Shown: piece by piece, positions 58,419 through 64,000 of the stretch | Layout of the letters: every line of letters begins with the position of its first letter | Position numbering within the stretch: position 1 is the first letter of the stretch | DNA from: an uncultured Nitrososphaerota archaeon | GTDB lineage: Archaea; Thermoproteota; Nitrososphaeria; Nitrososphaerales; Gagatemarchaeaceae | Length of the DNA stretch: 64,000 nucleotides | Assembly: GCA_963703285.1 (NCBI GenBank) | Contig: OY969807.1 | Span: 1,856,001 to 1,920,000 of the forward strand | Reading direction: 5' to 3' | Notes under the pieces: model-generated | The model's input: the letters and a program-made list of their open reading frames with translations, nothing else | Database searches by the model: none | What the model was told of the DNA's origin: nothing | Translations under genes and position numbers: made by a program

Positions 58419-59585
58419 TCACAGGATGGGTACAGAGCAAATCCTCGTCTGGCAGACGGAGTAGAATAGCCACCAGATGAGGATCGTCGAGGCGACTGGG
58501 ATGACGATCAACGTTACCCTGTCCACCCAGCGGATGAGCCCCGCGTGCTTCTCCGGGCTCAGCCACTTCTGCACAACCGTTATGCCCAGCCCGTACATGA
58601 GCACGACGTAGAGCACCATGACGGTCCTGTCCGCCAGTGTGAACGTCCCCGTCGCTGGTATGTTCTGGTCGAAGTTGATCTGGAGCAGCACCGCCGACAG
58701 AACCGCCGTGACGAGGAGCGCGAGCCTCTCTTCGAACTTCTCGATTGGGATGAAAAACGAGACGAGAGTCAGCGCGAGGAGGATTGCGATCGGAAGCAGC
58801 AGAGTGCTCACCGTGTTCGCGAACGGTCTCCTGATGGTGAACGACGCGTCAAAGTGCGAGTAGCTCGAGGTCGTGTTCATACCGGGGATCACACCGTACC
58901 CGAAGGCGCTCGCGTAGAGGTGGTTCGTGACGGTGACCGAGAACGAACTCGCGTCGTAGTTCCACCCCGGTATCCCGTTCCCTGACGTGATCGAGGGATC
59001 GATGCTGCTCCCGCTGTCGGGGACGTAGACCAGCGTCGAGTTCGGATAGAAGCTGTCCTCGATTTCGATGGAGAGTGTCTGCACGTCGAGGGGATAGTTC
59101 TGGAGCACGATGGGGTCGTGCATGGACGCGTGCACCCTGTATTCGAGGAAGTTGTAGCCGCTTCCGTTGTAATCAGGCTGGGCGGATATCAGAGTCAACC
59201 CCATCACCTGCCCGTTCATCAGCTCGAAGTGGATCGGGAACGCGTACTCGGCGAGCTGAGAGTAGCTCCCGGTCGGGTTCGCCTCCGCCGCGGCGATGTC
59301 GGCCGCCACGGTCGCGTTCACATCCCCCTCCGTCCAGTTCCCCTGCCACCTGAACCATAGGTAGAAGTCGGCGTCGAACGAGCCCGTCGTCTGGTCCAGA
59401 CCCGCCACGTCGTTCAGGTACAATCCCACCGTCACCTGGCGCGGCTGGGGCGCGCTCTGGCTCTGACCCAGTACCGGCGCCGCGCACGAGAGGAGGAGGA
59501 GCACGAGGACGGGGAGCGCCAAAAGCACACCCCAGCCCCGGCGGGACCCGGCCCTCCTCGATGATGGGTACAACGGATTCACCAA
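58419..59585 (-). CDS. Pentameric ligand-gated ion channel homologue (Pro-loop), subunit A
   Basis: Signal peptide; VTVGLYL, FDADFYLWFRW, NYPLDVQTL Pro-loop, four TM helices. Confidence 0.82.
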   Translation of the reverse strand: MVNPLYPSSRRAGSRRGWGVLLALPVLVLLLLSCAAPVLGQSQSAPQPRQVTVGLYLNDVAGLDQTTGSFDADFYLWFRWQGNWTEGDVNATVAADIAAAEANPTGSYSQLAEYAFPIHFELMNGQVMGLTLISAQPDYNGSGYNFLEYRVHASMHDPIVLQNYPLDVQTLSIEIEDSFYPNSTLVYVPDSGSSIDPSITSGNGIPGWNYDASSFSVTVTNHLYASAFGYGVIPGMNTTSSYSHFDASFTIRRPFANTVSTLLLPIAILLALTLVSFFIPIEKFEERLALLVTAVLSAVLLQINFDQNIPATGTFTLADRTVMVLYVVLMYGLGITVVQKWLSPEKHAGLIRWVDRVTLIVIPVASTILIWWLFYSVCQTRICSVPIL

Positions 59586-59598
59586 CAGCCCTGCCTCG

Positions 59599-60525
59599 TC
59601 AGGCGAAGCCCACCAGCTGGAGACCCAGGAAGATTACCACCACGGCGGGGACGAGCACCGCAGCTTTCAAGTTAATCCTCTCCGCCCTCTCCTTGTCGCC
59701 GTTGACGACCATCCTCGTCAGCAAAATCGAGACACCAATGCTATAGACGAAGAGGAAGAAGACGGTTACCGAGATCTCTTCAGAGAGGGTGAGGTACCCG
59801 ACCGATGGAACCTCCGACATCGTCTGAACCGTCAGCGCGACCGCTGAGAGCAGGGTGGTGACCGAGAGGAACGTCCTCTCGAAGGTCCGCTCGACTGGGA
59901 GCAGAAAGACCATCATTCCGATCAGCGTCACCAGCATAATCGGCAGTACGTTCTCTATGAAGGACTGCGTCGCAAACCTGCTGATCGTGACGGAGAAGAC
60001 CGCACTCGAGAAGACCTGCCCGGGATACGAATGGGTCGTGACGCGCATGGTCCCGTTGGAGAGCTGCCATCCTGATACGCCGGCGTTCGTCTCGAACCCG
60101 CTCGCCGGGTCGGGGGTGAAGACGAGCTGGCTCGCCGTGAGCGTCTTGTCCTCGATGTCTACCGCAAGCTGGTGGCTGTCGAAGGGGAACTTCTGGAAGT
60201 TGAAGGTCGTCTGGAAGGTACCCCAGACCCTGTACTCCTGGTACGCGCTCGTGTTCTGGATGATGTCCATCGAAGTAGCCTGGCCGTTCGTGAACTCATA
60301 GTCGACGTAGTGCGGGTTCCCAGTCGAGTTGAACCAGAGGTAGAAGTCGAGGCTGTAGGTGCCCGCCTGAAGATTCACCGACTGCACGTTCACGAGGTAG
60401 ACCCCCACCTCGACGCTCGACGGGGTCGCCGTCTCGGTCTTCACAGCGGGTGTCAGGGAGAGGCCGAACGCTAACCCGACGAGGAGACCGAGCAGGAGCA
60501 CGGCCTGCGGATGCTTCGGCCTCAT
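59599..60525 (-). CDS. Pentameric ligand-gated ion channel homologue (Pro-loop), subunit B
   Basis: Signal peptide; VEVGVYL, YSLDFYLWF, KFPFDSHQL Pro-loop, PSVGYLT M2-M3 loop, four TM helices. Confidence 0.82.
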   Translation of the reverse strand: MRPKHPQAVLLLGLLVGLAFGLSLTPAVKTETATPSSVEVGVYLVNVQSVNLQAGTYSLDFYLWFNSTGNPHYVDYEFTNGQATSMDIIQNTSAYQEYRVWGTFQTTFNFQKFPFDSHQLAVDIEDKTLTASQLVFTPDPASGFETNAGVSGWQLSNGTMRVTTHSYPGQVFSSAVFSVTISRFATQSFIENVLPIMLVTLIGMMVFLLPVERTFERTFLSVTTLLSAVALTVQTMSEVPSVGYLTLSEEISVTVFFLFVYSIGVSILLTRMVVNGDKERAERINLKAAVLVPAVVVIFLGLQLVGFA

Positions 60526-60868
60526 TTCAAGCGCAGCGCATCTTCCACTGCTTGCTTAAGAGAATTTGCCGCAAGAGAAGTCATGGCCGATTATCAGACG
60601 ATTCCAGGGGTTCCCGTAAGAAGGTCCTTCGCTAGAACGGTCAAATAGTGACGGGCGGCAAAATCACATCTGTCTTGAGCACCTTCTTCACGGAGATCCG
60701 CGAGACCCTCTTCCCTCGGCTCGACCCCGGTCAGCCCCGCATGGTCTCCGGTCGCACGCTACAGCGGATGGCGGCCGCCCCGGGCGGCGCCCGCAATGGG
60801 CGGCGGGACCGGCGAGCTCTACTGGTGTGTCTGCCCTCCATGTCTCCGTACGGGTCTCCAGCCAAGCA

Positions 60869-62199
60869 ATGCTTTTAACGAGAAATCGTGCAGCTCGGAC
60901 CGTGCCTCCTCTCCATCGAGAGAAGGAAGTCGTGATTGAGGACCGCGAGGAACTCATCTTCTTGCTCTCTGAAGCAGCGACCCTAGAGCACATGGTGATG
61001 TGCGGGTATCTCTATGCGGTCTTCAGCTTGAAGCGCGAGAAGATCAGGGCCTGGACTCCGACGAATTGAAGCTGGTCGAGCGGTGGGACAGAGCCGTCTC
61101 CCAGGTCGCAGTCCAGGAGATGCTTCACCTCTCGCTCGTGAACAACCTGCTCACCTCCATAGGGGCCGCGCCTCACCTCCTGCGCCCAAACTTCCCCGTC
61201 CGGTCGAAGTACTTCTCCTCGACGATGCAGATGGTCCTCCTTCCCTTCGGGGAGCAGGCGCTGCGCCACTTCCTGTACCTCGAACGACCCGAGGGCATGC
61301 CCATGCGGGACGCCAGGTCGCTCTCCAGGCACCTTCAGCGGTCCCAGGTCCGTGACCACATGGAGCTCGTACCCACGGGACAGGAGTTCTCGACGATCGG
61401 CCGCCTCTACCGGGCCGTCGAAAACGGGATCGTCCACCTGGCGGACAAGTACGGAGAGAAGCGCCTCTTCGTGGGTCCGACGCGGACCCAGGCGACCGCG
61501 GAGTCGTTCGGATGGCGGGAGCTGGTGACGGTGCACGACCTGAAATCGGCGAAGAAGGCGGTCGAGACGATAATCGTGGAGGGAGAGGGAGCGAGGGGCG
61601 ACTGGAAGAAGGCGCACTTCGGCAGGTTCCTCGAGGTCCATGACGAGCTGCGCGAGGTCACGTCCGGCAACCCGGCGTTCGAGCCCGCCAACCCAGTCAT
61701 ACCTGCCTACGTCGAGGATCACAGCGACATCACCGAGCCGGTTGCGACCATATCGGACCCCTTCACCCTCAGGGTCGCCGAGCTGTTCAACGCCTCCTAC
61801 GAGGCCGCCATGGAGGTCCTTACGCGTTTCTTCCTGCACGTAGACACCTCGCAGGAGGAGCTCCGGACGCTCTCGGGCTCGGCCGTGGGGCTCATGGAGG
61901 AGGTCTTACGACCGCTCGGTCGGCTCATGACGACGCTCCCGGTCGGTGCGGACCATCCGGGGAAGACGGCCGGTCCCGCGTTCGAGGTCTATCGAAGAAT
62001 CTCGTACGTGCTCCCACACAGGCACGCGGCCTGGGTCATACTTCACGAAAGACTCGTCGAGCTGGCTGACTTCTCGGCCAAGCTGAAAGCCCCGCCGAGC
62101 GCCGAGGGCAGACTTGAGCCCGTCAGCGACTCGCTCAGGACCCTCGCCTCCAGGCTCGAGACCCACGCCCAGGCGGACCACGTCTTCGGCCAAGCCTAG
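60869..62199 (+). pseudogene. Ferritin-like (VioB-type) protein with a frameshift near 61040
   Basis: AATLEHMVMCGYLYAVFSLK in one frame; QEMLHLSLVNNLLTSIG, LERP, TIGRLY and EGEG...HF in the -1 frame. Confidence 0.7.
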
Positions 62200-62217
62200 G
62201 GCGGATCGGGGCCGGCG

Positions 62218-62538
62218 CTAGGTAGACCTCTTCGTCGTCAGGCTCGAGAAGAGTTGGACGATTCGGTAGATCATGAACAGGAAAATGCCCATGGAGATTG
62301 CGTCCACAAGGGGATGGAGCTGCACCGCCGGCCCGGCGGTGACGTAGTATTCTAGAAACAGCGCGACCGACGTGTAGACGGCAAAGACCAGGAAGATCCT
62401 GCCTATCGATGCGAGGTCCCTGATCAGCCTTTCAGGGACCCGCACCCCCTGAGATCCGAGCGACTCTATCAGCGGGAGAAAGGACAGGATTATCGCCGCG
62501 ACCACAACGCCAGAACCCAGGAGGGTGTCAAGAAACAA
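62218..62538 (-). CDS. Small hypothetical membrane protein
   Basis: Three hydrophobic segments; overlaps the stop of the TPR gene. Confidence 0.5.
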   Translation of the reverse strand: MFLDTLLGSGVVVAAIILSFLPLIESLGSQGVRVPERLIRDLASIGRIFLVFAVYTSVALFLEYYVTAGPAVQLHPLVDAISMGIFLFMIYRIVQLFSSLTTKRST

Positions 62539-64000
62539 GTTCGCTCATCTTGTCCGGGTCGGAGACGACATGGAGCGGAAACCTGGCTCCCGAAAGCTTG
62601 TCGGCATATTCCTTCACCTCGTTCGGGGGCTCGCGCTCGGAGAGGAGCACGCCGAACCTGACGTTGTAGTCGAAGTTCGAGCGGGCCAGGAGCTTCAGCT
62701 TGTCGTGGAGCCCCTCCACCGTCGCTTTGGTCGCCTGCTCACAGTAGTCGCATAATATGTACTGCGAGCTCTCCTCGTTGTATGTCGTCAATCTGAAGCT
62801 GACGGTCTCCCCCAACACGACGGGGAGTTTGTCCTCGACCCGACGGTATCCCGACTTCCGGAGGTTCAACGCAAGTCTCTCGGCCTTGCTCTCCCTCGAT
62901 ACAGCCTGGACGCCCTCGGGTACCGTCTCCTTCGCTCCCAGCCCCACCCTGTCCAGCAGCGCGACGAACCTGGGGTCAGCCCTGATGCCGTCGAACCATC
63001 TCTCGACCCTCAGCGAGCAGAGGTAGGGTGAATGTTCCGAGAACGCCACCTCCAACCACTCGATGGCCCTGTCGGTCTCCCCAAGGCAGGCGTGCATGCC
63101 TGCGAGCGCCACGGGGGGGATGTGGACGGCGCTGGTGTTCCGCTGGTCCGACACGACCCGTGACATCACTTCTCTGGCTTCGCGTGACCTCCCGGCGCTC
63201 GCGTAGGCGTAGCAGAGGTCCGTCATGAACATCACGTTGTTCGGGTCGAGCTGCATTGCCTTCTTGATCTCGTCCAAGCCTCCGTCGAACTTGCCTCCTT
63301 TGCAGAGGGCGAGACCAAGATTGTCGTGCGCGAATGCTGCGCCGGGGTCAATCTCTATGGCCCTCCCGAGCCTCTCGATGGCCTCGCCGTTCCTCCCAGC
63401 AATGTAGAGTATCGATCCGGCCACCTGGCTGACGGCCACCGAGAGCGGGTCCAGCTCCTCGGCTGTCTTGATCTCAGCGAGGGCCTCAGCGTTCCTCATC
63501 AGGTTGATCAGGAGCAGCGCGTACCGGTAGTGAGCTTCGGCGCTGTTCGGGCTCATCTCTATGGCGCGCTTGAATTCGGCCTCTGCGCCTGACCAGTCCC
63601 AATCCGCGTCCATCAGCAGCCTCCCCATGAGCATGTGCGCCGCGTCCAGGTGGTCGTCTATCTCGATGGCCCGCCTTAGGAGCGGCCTGGCCTTCTCGAA
63701 CCCTTCACCGGGCGTGACGAAGCCGAAGAAGCCCAAGAGCATCGCGCACTGGGCGGACATCGCATAGGCTGATGCGAACCGTTCATCAAGCTTCGTCGCC
63801 TGTTCGAAGAGTTCAGCGGCCTTCCTGACCTCCGGCTCCGAGTATCTGGTGAGGTGGTACCTCCCCTTCAGGTAGAGATTGTACGCCTCGGGGTTGGATG
63901 TCGGGCTCTTCCTGAGACTCCGTCTCTCGGATTCCAGCAGCTTGACCCTCAGCGCCTCGACGACCTTCTCCGCTATCTCGCTCTGGACGGCAAAGATGTC
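62528..64000 (-). CDS. TolB-like/TPR protein (5' part outside the window) with extra C-terminal alpha/beta domain
   Basis: Frame open to the window edge: DIFAVQSEIAEKVVEAL...NPEAYNLYLKG, WDWSGAEAEFKRAIE, multiple TPRs. Confidence 0.8.
   Translation of the reverse strand, partial: DIFAVQSEIAEKVVEALRVKLLESERRSLRKSPTSNPEAYNLYLKGRYHLTRYSEPEVRKAAELFEQATKLDERFASAYAMSAQCAMLLGFFGFVTPGEGFEKARPLLRRAIEIDDHLDAAHMLMGRLLMDADWDWSGAEAEFKRAIEMSPNSAEAHYRYALLLINLMRNAEALAEIKTAEELDPLSVAVSQVAGSILYIAGRNGEAIERLGRAIEIDPGAAFAHDNLGLALCKGGKFDGGLDEIKKAMQLDPNNVMFMTDLCYAYASAGRSREAREVMSRVVSDQRNTSAVHIPPVALAGMHACLGETDRAIEWLEVAFSEHSPYLCSLRVERWFDGIRADPRFVALLDRVGLGAKETVPEGVQAVSRESKAERLALNLRKSGYRRVEDKLPVVLGETVSFRLTTYNEESSQYILCDYCEQATKATVEGLHDKLKLLARSNFDYNVRFGVLLSEREPPNEVKEYADKLSGARFPLHVVSDPDKMSELVS

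Overview
GC-rich archaeal chromosomal segment: two TFB paralogues, archaeal S10, an intron-containing tRNA and TATA-type promoters. The gene content suggests a non-ammonia-oxidising Nitrososphaerota/TACK lineage (inference only). Housekeeping and metabolic genes fill 1-26 kb and 30-41 kb: Mo-hydroxylase large subunit, membrane ferredoxin/cupredoxin cluster, hbd, pduO, malic enzyme, pntAA/AB/B, and a copper-resistance cluster with a shared operator. Four things stand out. (1) A 3.3-kb group II intron (26207-29520, minus) sits antisense in a TetR gene. It has non-canonical GCGCG...AG ends with a compensatory C-G gamma-gamma' pair, and it carries a second, non-IEP passenger gene for a pilin-like surface protein inside domain I. 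(2) A 16-kb head-less contractile-tail (CIS/tailocin-like) operon (41677-57570) has a G/GT-type -1 frameshift chaperone, a Pro/Ala/Ser-rich protein at the tape-measure position and an embedded metzincin + TPR pair. (3) A tRNA-Ser(TGA) carries three BHB-type introns, one at position 8/9. (4) Several genes appear to start at ACG. A tandem pair of pentameric ligand-gated ion channel homologues is also present. All family calls come from motif recognition by eye; no database searches were run.
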